Assembly: GCF_009914755.1 (NCBI RefSeq) | Contig: NC_060929.1 | DNA length: 64,000 nucleotides | Direction: 5' to 3' (one strand) | Source of the DNA: the human T2T-CHM13v2.0 reference genome, Homo sapiens | Part shown: piece by piece, positions 28,525-42,690 of the stretch | Position numbering within the stretch: the stretch's first letter is position 1 | Layout of the letters: each line of letters opens with the position of its first letter | Position numbers and translations under genes: made by a program | The notes under the pieces: generated by a model | The model's database searches: none | What the model was told of the DNA's origin: nothing | What the model saw: only the letters and a program-made list of their open reading frames with translations

Positions 28525-29289
28525 ACAATGAAAACACATGGACACTGGGAGGGGAATAACACACACTGGGGCCTGTGGGGGATTGGGGGATGAGGGGAAG
28601 GAGAGCATCAGGACAAACAGCTAATGCATGTGGGGCTTAAAACCTAGATGATGGGTTGATAGGTACAGCAAACCACCATGGCACACGTATACCTATCTAA
28701 CAAACCTGCACGTTTTGCACATGTATCCTGGAGCTTAAAGTAAAACAAAAATAAAACACTAAGACAAGTTGGGCAAAGGGTATATAAGAACTGTACTATC
28801 TTTGCAACTCTTCTGTAAGTCTAAAATTCTTTCAAGACAAAAAGTCAGAAAAGAAAACCCTCTCTTATCAAACATACACTTTTCTCTTCTGTGTGTGTGG
28901 TGTGAAAAGAGGCCAATGCAAGTAGCCAGAGTGAAGTATATTGTTGGACACAAGTAAATCTTACCAGCTCAAAAACTTATAGAAAATATATCACTATTGA
29001 TATGGCACTAATTCTTAGATTAAAAATTTCTAACAAGGTTAATATTTAGTGGCCAGCATTGTGTTTACACATTTCTAAACAGCATCAAATAGTACAAGCT
29101 ACTGGAAACCAGTAGGAAAGAATATCTAATTTGACTTTGAAGCTAAATAGCTATGTGAGCTCACATAATAGAAATGAAGGAATTACAGGAAAACTTAAAC
29201 ATCCCTTTTATCCCCCCAAATTATTTCAATGAGTTTGAGTGACTTTTTATAATCCGATTACTCAAATCAACCCAGAAATCTAAACTGTT

Positions 29290-32125
29290 GAATATGAGAG
29301 AAATGCTGGTTCAAACAAGATTAAGAAAAAAAAAATATTGATTCACTTAATTGAGAAGGCCAGAAAGAATGCTAGCTCCATACAGGATTGGATTCAGAGG
29401 CCCAATGATGTCATCAGAAATTGGTTTCTCTCCAGCTCTTGGCTCTGTTTTCCACTGAGTTGGCCTCTTTCTCTGGCTTCACATCATGGCCCCTGACAGC
29501 TCCAGGATCATAATCTCTTATGATTAGCTCCAACTGGACTATCTTGGCTGCCACATATAACCCTGAATCACTGTGGCCAAGGAGATAGACTCTAGTCTGA
29601 TTAGCCAGACCTGAGGCCCATTCTTAGCCCTGACTGAATTGTGGCTTTCACCCCCAGTGTAAAATTTCTGTTATTTTCAGGTGAGTGCATTTCAACTAAT
29701 ACAGATTTTGATACCATGAAATAAAGCAGTGTAGAAAACCGACTGGTTTAGTCAAAAGATAAAGGATACAGAACAGAGAAGATCCTATTATTTCTTTCTA
29801 GTAAGTTGGTAATCTTTTTACACTATATTGAGTATATCCATTAAACTATGGCCTTCTTTATGTTGAAACTCTGTCAATATGCCAACCAAGGCTATAGCAT
29901 TAGAGACTTGGTAAGAAACATGTTTAGAGTGTTTTTAATACTTCTTAAGGCCATCAACAAAATCTTATAAGAGACAAACGGGTTGAATGTGGCCCACTGT
30001 AAGCACCTAAAAAAGTAAAAGTAGCTTGAAAGGATTCTTTTCTGTAGTCCAAAATTATGAAATTCTTTAGGTTACAGAAATGAATTACCTACTTTAATAA
30101 ATACTAATGCTGGTACAGGTTGGAAAGTAGCTAGTTTGGAACAATATAAGATTAAGCCACAAGAAAGACATGAGACTTAGTTCCAATTAAGGATTCTCTG
30201 CCTGAGAAAGGATACAACATATTGATGTCCACTAGCCCAAGGTTATTGCTTCAGATCTCTTCCAGGGGCAGACCAAATGTAGATAGAAGCCATTCAACTA
30301 AAATTCTAGAAAACAGTGATTTGTTGCTTAGGAGACCAAAACCAAACTCAAAGACCATGACCACACTAATATCCGCTGGTGTGGTTATTATGCAATGAAA
30401 ACTACAAATACATATGGACCAAAAGCCTACTAAAACTTGAAGAAAATAATAAATTAAAGAAATTCCAAGCTTTACCATAAACAGCTGTAACTTAAATCTT
30501 AAATCCCTTGGACACACTTTACAGGAGGTAAGCTACTATATCTGTGTAGCGCCAGAAAGGGCATCCTATCTCATGTCCATCTCATATAAAAATTGATGGA
30601 TATGAGTAATCTCCCCAGGAGACAGGACATGGGGTAATAGAGGAAGATTGACAAGTGAATTTATTCCAAAGAGCAGAACTGGATGCTGCTATAATGTAAC
30701 ACAAGTAGTCACTGCACTGCCAGGTCAGAAAGTCCTCATTATTTCCAGCCAGCAGGCTATGGTTTATGCCATGTTCCAGTGAACCATGTGTGCTACTGCC
30801 CTTTTCCACAATTTTCACTGTGCTTATCTTGTTATTTCTCTACTACTTTATATTAAATATGTTAAGGGAAGATAACAGTATCTTAGCCTTAATACAATTA
30901 GAAGCTACAACTATATAAGAGAAAGAGCAACTCAACCAAAAATCTGGAATTATAGCAGTGAAGACTTTGAACCATCTCATTTGGGGAAAACTGAAGGTAT
31001 TTCATGCTGGTGTGAGCATTGTAAGGGTGTGTATCTAGTTGGGAAGAAGCTAAGTTTGGATGTGAAGTCATTAAAGGGGTAAAATATATTAAACATTTGT
31101 TTAAATCCTCAACACCTATCCCAAACTTTCCCCGCTATATAATAGCACTAGAGTTTGAATATTGACTTCCATTTGAAGAAGAGTTCCTGAATTGCCCTAC
31201 TCAGTAAGGATAATCTCTTCTCTCCAGCTGGTAATTAGTTCAAAACTGAGGATCAAGACAATGATTCATTCAAGGATAAATTATCTGTATTACAATGAAG
31301 TACTTATATTTAATGTTTGATGCAAAGGTGCTTTCTCTATCACTGGACATGAACAGGAAGTCAATGGGATGAAGCCAGAGCAGAAGATGACTGAGCAGAA
31401 ATTAACAAAGTACATCAGTCCCAGCATGTCCTTGAGGAGTACCTGGAACAACTAATCTCGGGAGTCTGTGCTTCCTCTAGAGTACCAGTCATGTAAGATT
31501 TAAAATGTTATTATATTTATTTTTTTTAAGAGACAGGGTCTTGCTATGTTGCTCAGGCTGAACACAAATTTTTAAATGTTATTTTTTAAGTCAGGTTTTC
31601 TCTTACTTGCAGCCAAAAACACCCTGACTGATAGGCTATCTATATGCTAATGACACTCTGTATCAGTTGAAAATTGCAGTCAGCTGCAAGAAACAGAAAT
31701 CTGAATAAGGGCTGCTTAAACACATTAGGGGTTTGGCTTTTCTCCAGAAAGATGACATTTGGAGGTACATAGTCCAGAGCTGACACACTGACTATATTCT
31801 AGGCTTCCTCTATCATTTTGTTCATCCTTCTTTAGCATGTGTTTTTTACATTATCACAAGTTAGATACATCAGTAATTTAATCAAGAAGAAAACAGCAAA
31901 AGATCAATGAGTCTTCTCCCCTTTTTTAGTTTTAGTTCTCAGAATTACCTCACAATTACTATATACATTTTATTGACAGAACTGTGTCATGTGACCATCC
32001 AATGTGCAAGGGAAATGCAGATTTTATAGCTGAACCTATTTATACTACCGAAACAAACAGAATTGTATTCATAAGGTAGAAGGGAAGAATGATATTAGGT
32101 AGGCAAACTAGCCATCTCTGCCACA
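29290..32125. mobile_element. Cluster of old MLT1 LTRs and MLT1 internal sequence
   Basis: LTR end ...caactaataca followed by internal start gattttgatacc (~29704). MLT1-like termini at ~31610-31632 and 31660. Confidence 0.5.
31513..31573 (-). mobile_element. Tiny Alu/FLAM 3' fragment
   Basis: T-rich tail + agagacagggtcttgctatgttgctcaggctg. TSD AAATGTTATT at 31503-31512 and 31574-31583. Confidence 0.75.
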
Positions 32126-32129
32126 TCCC

Positions 32130-33720
32130 CCAATTTATGTTTCCAGCTCAGATCTCCCCTTTGATCTCTTGACCTATATATCAAACTTACCTTTTAAACT
32201 CTGCATGCTTGTGGATTATAAACACCTCAAACTGAATATGAAAAAATAAAGCTACTGATCTCCACATCCAATCTGCCCCTCTGTGATAGTTAATTTTGTG
32301 TACCAACTTGACTGGGCCACAGTATACCCAGATATTTGGTCCACCATTATTCTGGATGTGTCTGGTGAGAGTGGTTTTGGATGAGAATAACTTTTGAATC
32401 TGTAGACTGAGTGAAGCAAGTTGCCCTCCATAATGTGAGTGGGGTTCACCAATCACTTGAAGATTTAAAAGAATAAAAGGGCTTATTAAGAGGGAATTCC
32501 TCCTGCCTAACTGCTGAACTGGGACATCAGTCATCTCCTGCCCTCAGATTAGAACATATACCATTGGCTCTCCTAGCTCTCCAGCTTAATAAGTGAATAT
32601 TTTGAACTTCTCAGCTTTCTAGTCATGTGAATCAATTCCTTATTTTATATATCTAAACTGTTGCATGAAATATATATATATAATTTTCCATTTCTCTGGA
32701 GAACTTATTTGTCCTGTTTTTCTAGAGAACCCTAATATACCTTCCTAAAGTCATTCCTATCTCAGTAAATACTACTACCACTTAGCCATTGAATGGCCCT
32801 ACCATTTACCCAAGTGTGCCTATAGAAACCTAGTAATAATTCATTCAACTGTTATTCACCCCTTTCTGTGCATTGAATTTATCACCACATTGAGTCAGTG
32901 CTTCCTTCCAGTGTATTTTAAATTCACTTCTCTCCAACTCCAATGCCATCACCTTGGTGAAGTCACCGTTTTCCATTTAGACTCCGGAAATGTCTTCTAA
33001 CAGATTCCACTGCTTCTTCTCTTAGTCCCTTCCAGTGAAATTTCCAGGTAGCTTTTAGAGTAATCTCTTAAATCTATTAATCAGATGACACTGTCCTGAT
33101 CAACATTTTTCAATGGCTTACCATTGCATTTTATTTTACCATGAGCTACAGGGTTGCATAAAGTGGTTCCTCTGTCTCTCTCCAACCTTATTTCATTCTC
33201 CTTCTTGCTTACTGCATTTCAGCCACACCAGTTTTTTTTCTTTTCTTCCAATATACCAAGCCCTTTGTAATATCTACCTCTAGCTTTTTCATGTGGCTGG
33301 ATTATTCTTTTTAGATCTTCTCTGGCTTTGCCCATCTTCTCCAGTCAATCATTCATTATTTAATTATATGGTCCTTCATAACAGTTACTCACAATCTATC
33401 ATCCAAATTTGTGATTATTTTTCATTTAACATTGTCTCACTCCCCAACTATAATATGCACTCCACCAGGACAAGAAACTAGTCTTTGAAGTTAGTTGATA
33501 TGGCTAAGTCCTAGCACAATGCTAGCACTTAATCAAAGCCCAGAAAGTTTACTGAGTGAATTTATTCATTCATTCAACAAATATTTATTAAGGTCTTAGA
33601 AGGAACTGTTCCATGCACTAGGGATGCATTAGTGAATTAAAGGGCCAGAGTACTGCTTTTATGGAGTTTACCCTTTAAGAAGAAAGACAGAGATTAAACA
33701 AGTAAGTGGTATGTCAGAAG
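32130..33720. mobile_element. L2 fragments: plus-strand copy 32130-33560 split by MLT2, and an opposite-orientation 3' end at 33565-33720
   Basis: L2-like tccagctcagatctcc...cacctcaaactgaatatg; 3' end ...tttactgagtgaat; ttcattcattcaacaaatatttatt. Confidence 0.65.
32283..32739 (+). mobile_element. MLT2 (ERVL) solo LTR inserted into L2
   Basis: tgtgatagttaattttgtgtaccaacttgactgggccac...tctagagaaccctaatatac is the MLT2 signature. Confidence 0.85.
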
Positions 33721-36700
33721 GAGAAGCTTTTTTAATGAAAAGAGCCCTCTGGACATTTATTCAGACTATTTTCTCTTTCTCTGGACTTAGACAAAGTCTG
33801 GATGCTAAGAGAATACTAGAGGGTTTGGCACATACCATGCCTTCCAAATGAGCCCTTGGAGCTTGCAAATGCCGTCATGCATCCTGGGCAACTGAGTGAA
33901 GTGTCAGTTATCCTGACATCTATACAAGAGGCTAATATTGTCTATGGACCACTGGGGGCTAAATGCTTGTTGACTGAGATAATGATCAGATAGACAAACA
34001 TACAACAGTCAAACTGAAGATTCACAATCTTGACTATGCCAAGGCCAAAAAAAGTCAACAAGATGGAATATGATGTACTGATCACAAATGCCAAAATGCT
34101 GAACCAAAAGGAAGCTGGAGTTGTATTGAGAAGAGAAAAATGGAATAAATAGGATACCAGATTAGATTACTGCCTGTCAGCCAAGCTTATGTAGGACTGG
34201 CTGCCAGTTGTGGAAACATGAAGGACAAATGGCATGCCATCCCAAACCGCCACCCGAGCTTCTTGCCAAGGCTGCCTGCGCATACACAGCTGGGCCTCCC
34301 TTGGCAAACTGGTTGATGTTCTCTCTCCATTTATTAACAATTGCTTCATTGTTGTTGATACTAAGTACCGAATAATTCTAACATTTTTTTATAGCTGATG
34401 AAATTAATTGCCAAATTCAGACTCTGGGGGTTATTTTGCCAATAATTTCTTGCCCAGATTTGAGATGATATTCATTTTCAGTGTGACTGTATGTTCACAA
34501 GCTCTGGTGATGTCTTTGAGTCATGCATTTCAGCCTCAGTGCTACATGCTTTGAGAGTCTACTTGACACAATGAGCGGAAGCCAAATGTACATGGAGGGA
34601 AGTCTAAGCAAATGTTTCAACTGAACAACAACAATAACAACAATGTTTTAAAAACTAATATTTACTGAAATAGGTACTTTTCTAAGCATTTTATTATGCA
34701 TTATTTTCCTCAGTCCAATGGAACTGTTAAATAGGTAAAATTAGTTTCTCTCTTTTACAAAAACAGGAAATAGGCAAAGAGGAAACATATCTGAAGTGTG
34801 GACCCGTTGTTTTGGAGGAGGTAGAAAAGCAAAGTGGTGGTAGGAAGGAAAGTACCAGGATAGCAAATAACAAATTAATTACTTAGGTTTTATTCAACAC
34901 ATTTTACCAGTATGGGGTTCAAATTGACCATAAATGAATTGTCAGTCCCTTTCTTTAAGAAATCATGGAAAATGTTTTGCTGTGCCTCATAACCAGCACT
35001 TCTTGTTACTCCATATAAACATTTATAAGGGTAGATTATTTCATCATCACTGCAACACTCACCAGAAGCTAGTCAGGAATACACTGACAAGCCAATCTAC
35101 ACGGAAACTGTGCATTGCCCCATCGTGTCTATGAGACTATAGGATGCTGGGAATGTATTCTACTCATTTTTCTATCCCCAACACTTTACATGGGCCTGAC
35201 ACATAGAAAGCAATTACTAAATGCTTTTTGAGTGAACAAGTCCACAATTCTATTAGCTCTCACAAATAAAAGAGGATATGCACTTATTAAGAGTACAAAC
35301 CCTACAATTGGGGCAGAATGGCAAATAGATTTCATCTCATCAGCCAACACCAAGAGAAAGGTAGTGGCTGCCTATACTGATGTGCTGAGTAGGATTTTGA
35401 CACTGCATCAGGTCTTTGTATAGAAAAGATCCTTCGACATGTTTGATTAATGTCTTTCAAGTGTTTAAGAACAAAGACATGGAAATATACATGTCATGTC
35501 ATTGAAGCTGTTAAGATTTTCCAGATAACTAAAAGAAGTCAGAATATATGATTTAATCAGTGATTTCTCCATAATATGAACAATTAAAATTGTCAGGTAT
35601 GCAAGTATTATAATTCTTTTTTGACATTTGCTCTAAGGATTGAAACATGGAACAATGTTGTAAAAATTACAAACACAAATGCACTTAAGTGCCTCCTCTC
35701 ATTAAAATCAACCTAATTTAGCTGCATCAGAGAGTCCTAGATTAATGAGAACACACAAAAATCGGGACTATTATTTTTATATTCAAATTTTCTTAGCAAA
35801 TCCTTAGGTGTATGTAATTTCAGTTAATCTCACAAGTCCAAAGTCCACATCAAATGTTGTCTTGCAGTCTGCTTTAAGTCCCTGTCTTCTGCATCCAATA
35901 AGAGGTAGAGAAAGCTTCATTGTAGCTACACAATTGTCTTTACGGAAGTCAGGAAAAAGATGGCCTTGGATCTTTTTGTCATACTGGAATGAGGGCAAAT
36001 ATATTCACTGAAATTTATTTTGGCTTTATTTTTCTTTATAGAAAGTTTGAAGTATAATTTCAACTTGATAGTTTTGCACAAATATCACTCCTTAATTTTG
36101 ATTCATTCTATTTTCTGCAGAAGTTTGTTCATAACCTACAATGTGCTAGGTTGGGGATACAAGTAGAACGTGTTCCTTATCCTTAAGCTTAGTCTACTAC
36201 AAACTAATCAAAGAAAAAGTACATACACACACATTTTTAAAGCCTCTTTTCCTCTTTTCCCATATATTCTTAGATATAGCACCAAAACCTATAAAAGAGT
36301 AAATTGACTTTACCAAAATTAAAAACTTTGGCTCTTCAACAGACACTGTTAAGAGAACTAAAAACAAGCCACAAACTGAGAAAAAAAACTTGCAAAGCAT
36401 ATATCTGAAAAAGGACTTGATTCTAGAATATATAAACAATACTCAAAACTCAATAAGTAAACAAACTGTCCATTTTTTAAATGGCAACATATTTGAGCAG
36501 ACACTTTAGTAAAGGTAACAAATGGATAGCAAAAAAAGTATGTGAGAAGATGTTCAACATTATCAATAACTAAGAAAAAGCCAAATAAAAGCACTATGAG
36601 ATACTGCTATAAATCTATTAGAATGTCTAAGATTAAAGATGGACCATGCCAAGTGTTGATGAGTACGTAGAGAAACTGAAACACTCATACATTGATAGGA

Positions 36701-37289
36701 AAGTAAAATGGTACAAACACTTTGGAAAATAATTTGGCAGTTTCTTAAAAAGCTAAACATTAAATATAACACCTAAAGTACAAGCAAAGAAAAAAATAGA
36801 TAAATTAGATTTCATCAAAATGAAAAACCTTTGTGTTTCAAAGGCTATAATCAAGACAGTGAAAAGACCACCTATAGACTGGGAGGAAACTTTTGAAAAC
36901 CACATATCTGATAAGGATCTAGTGTACACAATATATTAAGAACTCTTCCAATTCAACAATAAAAAGACCAAGAGCCCAATTTAAAAACGGGCAAATAATT
37001 TGAATAGCCATTTCTTCAAAGAGATATACAAATGGCCAATAAGCCCATGAAAAGATATTCAACATCATTAGTCATTAGGGAAATGCAAACCAAAACTGCA
37101 GTGTTGCTATTTCACATTGACAAGGATGGCTGTAATAAAGAGAAACAGATAGTAACAAGTTCTGGTGAGAATGTGGAGAAACAGAAACCCCACACACTAC
37201 TGGTCATGATATAAAACAGTGCAGCTACTTTGTAGAACAGTCTGACAGCTCCTCAAGAGGTCAAACACATTAATAAAAAAGTTATCATA

Positions 37290-37728
37290 TGTCTTAGTCC
37301 ATTCTGTATTGCTATAACAGAATACCTGAGATTGGGTAATTTATAAAGAAAAAAGGTTAATTTGCCTCATGATTCTGGTGGCTGGAAAATCCAAGATTGG
37401 GCAGCTGCATCTGGTGATGGCCTCCGGCTGCTTCAACTCATAGCAGAAAGTGGAAGGGGAGCTGCATGTGCAAAGAGCTCACATAGCTAGAGAGGAAGCA
37501 AGAGAGTAAAACCAAAGAAGACAGGCTCTTCCAACAGTCTGCTCTCTCCAATTGTTAATCCATTCCCATGAGAGTGAGAATTCACTCACTACCAAGCCAT
37601 TCATGAGAGACCCACCCCAACAACTCAAACACCTCCCACTAGGCCCCACCTCCCAACACCACACAGCAGGGAGTACATTTCGACATGAGTTCTTGTGGGG
37701 ACAAACAAATCATATCCAAACCACAGCA
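37290..37728 (-). mobile_element. MaLR MSTB1/MSTD-like solo LTR
   Basis: tgtcttagtccattctgtattgctataacagaatacctgag...tccaaaccacagca. TSD TCATA/CCATA. Confidence 0.88.
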
Positions 37729-38772
37729 CCATATGAGCCCACAATTCTACTTCTATCCGCACCTAAGAATTGAAAACATATTCACACAAAAACTTTTACA
37801 TGAGTTTCCATAGCAGCATTACTCATAATAACTAAGAAGTGGAAACATAAATATCCATCAATTAAGGAATAAATAAACAAAATATGGTGTATCCTTATAA
37901 TGTATCCATCCTTATAATGGAGTATTATTCAGCCTTAAAAGGAATGAAATACTGATACATGCTACAACATGAATAAACCTTGAAAACACTATGCTAAGTG
38001 AAAAAAGTCAGACACAAAAGACTACATATTAGACGATTCCATTTATCTGAACTGTCTCGAATAGGCAATTCTGTAGGGACACAAAGTAGATTAGTGGTTC
38101 CAGAGGCTGGAGGGAGGGGGAAATTTGGAAGTGACTGCTAATGGGTACAGAAGTTTTTTTGTGGAGGAGAGTTATAAAAATATTCTGGAATTAGTGATGA
38201 TTGTTATAAAACCTTGTGAATATAAAAAAACTGAATTATACACTTTAAAAGGAAGAATCTTATGGCATATGAATTTATCTCAACTAAAACAAATTAACCA
38301 TATCCTATACTGGCCAACCATTCCACTATCAGGTATTTACACAGAGATGAAAACATATGTCCACACAAAAACATGTATACCAATGTTTATAGCAGCTACA
38401 TCTGCAATTGTGAAAAAATAATCCAAATGTCCATCAACCAGATAAAGATTATCGTTATGTGGTGTACACATGCAATGGAATACTATTCAGTAATAAAACT
38501 TTATAAACAATTGATGTTATGAACCACATGGATAAATCTCAAAATACATATGCTGCATGAAAGAAACCAAACCAAAAAAAGAGCAACAAAAATGCATACT
38601 GCACAATTTCATTTATATACAATTCTAGGAAATGCCAACTAATGTATAGTAACAGAAAGCAGACCACGGTTGCCTGTGAATATAAGAAGGGTTGCAAAGC
38701 GCATGATGAAATTTCCAAAAATGATGAATCTGTTCATTATCTTGGTTGTAGTGGTGGTTTCACAAGTATAAT

Positions 38773-39083
38773 TGAAATAGCCAAGTAAAAAGTAGTCCCT
38801 AGAGAATCTCCCACCAGCCTGCGCTCTGGGAGGTTGGGGTGTAGCCTTGGGAAGTTCGCATCGTTTGCAACAGGGAGGAGCCTGGCCTCTCCAGTTCCTG
38901 GGGGGTGACTAGAATTCAGTCTGTGAGGTGGAGAGTCTATCAGCAGGACTCCATCTCACTTTTTTGAGTTGTTTCTCCTTTTTCCTTTTTGCCCAATAAA
39001 TTCTGTCCCCCCTCACCCTTCAAAGTGTCTGTGAGCCTAATCTTTCCTGGTCCTGTGACAAGAACTCGTTTTTTTCTACAACA
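38773..39083 (+). mobile_element. MER61-like ERV1 solo LTR
   Basis: TGA...ACA termini, gggaagttcgcatcgtttgcaacagggaggagcctgg core and AATAAA. Perfect 4-bp TSD TAAT (38769-38772, 39084-39087). Confidence 0.85.
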
Positions 39084-41153
39084 TAATCATATATCAAAAC
39101 ATCAAATTGTGCACTTAAAATATGTGCAATGTATAGTATGTCTACTATACTTCAATAAAGCTGTTTTTAAAACATAAGCAATCTGCCACAAAATGTTTTC
39201 TGTGCTATGCTATTCCACTTCCCTTTGATTTTTGGAGGACTCGAAAGGCATACTCCTGTTCTAATGTGGCTGGCACCTAGTGACTCACCAGTGTTTCTTC
39301 AGTGGCAGAAACACTGAAGGCACAGCAACTCCATACCAAACTTCACCCTGCAGAGGTGTAGAAGAGACTGATGGCACCAGTAACAGTACTGATGCTAACC
39401 TCATTTGTCCAGAGGTGCTTTGCTGGGACTGTCTGGTTAGTCTGCTTTGCTCCCTGCTTCCTTTGGACTGTAGGGGTGTGGCTTCATTGATTCTCATCAT
39501 CCTCTCGGTTCCCAATTCATCCCAAACCCAGAAAATGTCATGAACCTCAATGACATGTAAGTTTCTTCACAAGATATGTGGAAAGTTAAAATTTCGGACT
39601 CGTAAAATCATCATCTTCTAATGTCACCACACTATATAGCTCCCTTGATTGCCACTGAATGTGTAAAAAGAAAAATCAAGAAATCTACATTGCATACCAA
39701 TTTGTAGTATGTTTCCAAAATGACACATGCTGTGTCACTCTGACACTGAATGAGCCACAGAGAGGGGCTTGCACAACTGTAGGTTTGCTGAGTCAGGGGC
39801 TTCTGAACAGGGGCTTTTGAAGTGTTCTGGGCCCTGCCTGTACACACTACAGGGATTAGGGGCATGCTTAGTTTGGAGACATTTTACAGTGACAAAATAT
39901 TACTTGTTTAAGGCCTGTTCACTACTGGTCTGCTTTTTTTCCTAAGCAATACAGCTTAACTAGCCTGAAAGTCAATGCTTGAAGCCCAGAGGAGAATGAG
40001 AGCTGCCCAAAAACGCTGAAATAAGGAAAGATTCTTCCTAAGGAGCTGATAAAAGAATGTAGCCCTCCTCCACTCCCCTCAACAAAGAAAAGCTCATGAA
40101 AAGGTTACTTTCCTTGTGATTAACAGTCTTCACAATTAAAATTTTTAAGTGGCTGATTGAAGGATAATATAGCAGATTTCATTCAGCCTCGCATACCTCA
40201 AGGGAAACTCAGCTTTCCTTTATTACTTTTACTGCACGTGCACGTTTTCCCTTGGAAATAAAAATTAAACCTTTGTACCATTGCTTCGAATAGCACTTTC
40301 TCTTCATGCTAATAATGGTTTTCATGAAACAGCTGTACCAAATTAAAATGTTCCTTTTTTAAAATTTCATAGAGTTCAAGAAACTGATGTAAAATATGAA
40401 TATGTATCAGGATAAATAAACATCCATTGCTAACCATTCATCTTCTAAGTACCACGGAGTGCTTCCCTCACCTCACCTACCTATTTCTTGACCTTTTGGG
40501 TGATTACTGTTATCAAAAAAATTCACAAATATATAAGGGATAGAGATTATGAAAATCTCAAAAGGTAATTTAAAACTTTCTCTTTTTTTACACTCTGACG
40601 CTTCCTTAAAGTGATATGGATAATCAGAAATTAAGTTGTATTTGCTGAAATCTTCAACTTTTAATTTTTTGACGATCTTATTTTTATAGACTTTGAGACA
40701 AAAAAAAAAGACAGGACCGAGAGGAGGATTTAAAGACTGTGTGGGAGGCGTGGTCAGAGCAACAATAACAATGACCAGTCTTTGTTAGATGCCTACTGCT
40801 CCTCAGGCAGTAATCCCATTGAATACACCTCCTCAAACACAGGTAATTGGTGTTTTTGTCCTCACCATTAAACAGATGCCAAAGCTGGGATTAAGCAAGG
40901 TCAAGCTACCTGCTCACAGCCTTACTACCTGTATGTGACAGAATTAAGAACCACAACCGGGTCTTTGCAAGAAAAGTACATGCTCTTTTATAAGTGAGAA
41001 AAAAAATACAGAATATTAAATTGAAGCATTCCTTGTAATTTTCACTTGTAATATAGGAAGTACACTTGATTTATCCTTGTGAGATCAACTTTTAAAAACC
41101 ATACCTCTTTGAGGAATATTTTTGTCCTCCAATTGCCTCTAAGTTCTACCAAT

Positions 41154-41576
41154 CGTTAAAAACTTCAGCTGAATTAAATTTAAAGGAGTTTAATTGAGCA
41201 ATGAATGATTTGCAAATCAGACAGCCCCCAGAGTCACAGCAGATTCAGAGAGACTCCAGAGCAGCCACATGGTGGAAGACGATTTATAGACGAAAAAAAG
41301 GGAAATGATGTACAGAAATCGGAACTGAGGTATAGAAACAGCTGGATTGGTTACAGGTTTGTGTTTGCCTTATTTGAACAGTTAGAACACTCAGCAGTCT
41401 ATGAGTGGTTGAAGTATAGCTGCTGGGATTGGCCAAGACTCAGCCATTGTTACAATGTATTACTCCTGAGTTAGGTTTTCAATTTTGTCTGCCAGTTAAG
41501 CTAGGTTACAGTTCATCCACAAGGAGTCAACAGAAGTATGGAGTCCTTCTCAGGCCATATTCAGTTTGCTTTGACA
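41154..41576 (-). mobile_element. MER57-like ERV1 solo LTR
   Basis: aacttcagctgaattaaatttaaaggagtttaattgagcaatgaatgatt...caggccatattcagtttgctttgaca. 4-bp TSD CAAT (41150-41153, 41577-41580). Confidence 0.85.
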
Positions 41577-42133
41577 CAATCAACTAGATTCTCCTTTCCC
41601 AGATTGTCAAAACTGCTGATGAGGAGCCTGCTTGTTGCTTTCCTCACCCTTCTGCCCAGTGTTTCCTTGGGGCTGTGAAAACACCACTTGGAATATTGAG
41701 ATTTTGAACAAGAGTATATGCAGCTCTGAGAAGACCTCAGCAGGAAGGAAAAAAAAAAAAAGCTACAACACTCCACTTAATATATAAAACATCTTCTGTA
41801 AAGTTCTGGAACTCCCAACTCATCCTTTTGGGTGAACTTTCTTGTCCACCTACACACATTGAATTTTATGTCCTCACTCCATAATATGTTCATTTATTAC
41901 ACAGGCCCACATGTGATGAAGACAGGATTCTAAGGTTTGGCACTTCTTCAAATTGGATTAGTTGGAGGATGTTTCAAAGGTAATGACTAACTTTCTGAAG
42001 TAAAACCCACTTACCTAAAAGAAAAAAAAGCATACCTGCATACACATGCACATACACTGACAAATCCCCCAATTTGTGGGCACATATCCTGATATTATGA
42101 TGAAGACAAAAAGCTAAAAAGATTAGAAATTTA

Positions 42134-42690
<557 letters not shown>

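Larger units (their letters stand above)
22397..28754 (+). mobile_element. Full-length LINE-1, L1PA8/8A/10-like, inactivated, inserted into an older L1M 3' end
   Basis: 5' CAAGATGGCC (22409-22418), long 5'UTR, ORF1 from ~23723, ORF2 from 24806, 3'UTR. TSD AACACTAAG at 22388-22396 and 28755-28763. The host L1M 3' sequence spans 22290-22396 and 28764-28835. Confidence 0.95.
36260..39175 (+). mobile_element. Nested old L1 3' ends (L1MC/MD-like host with L1MB-like insert at ~36771-38290)
   Basis: Two collinear runs of the L1 ORF2 C-terminus/3'UTR (e.g. MANKPMKRYSTSLVIREMQTKT), further interrupted by MST and MER61 LTRs. Confidence 0.75.

Noticed and set aside
33730-34360. Possible exon or processed pseudogene in a more GC-balanced unique stretch (ORF 34167-34349)
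   Set aside because: No recognisable protein similarity, no poly(A)/TSD pair and no clear splice-flanked frame. A BLASTX search is needed to exclude it fully.
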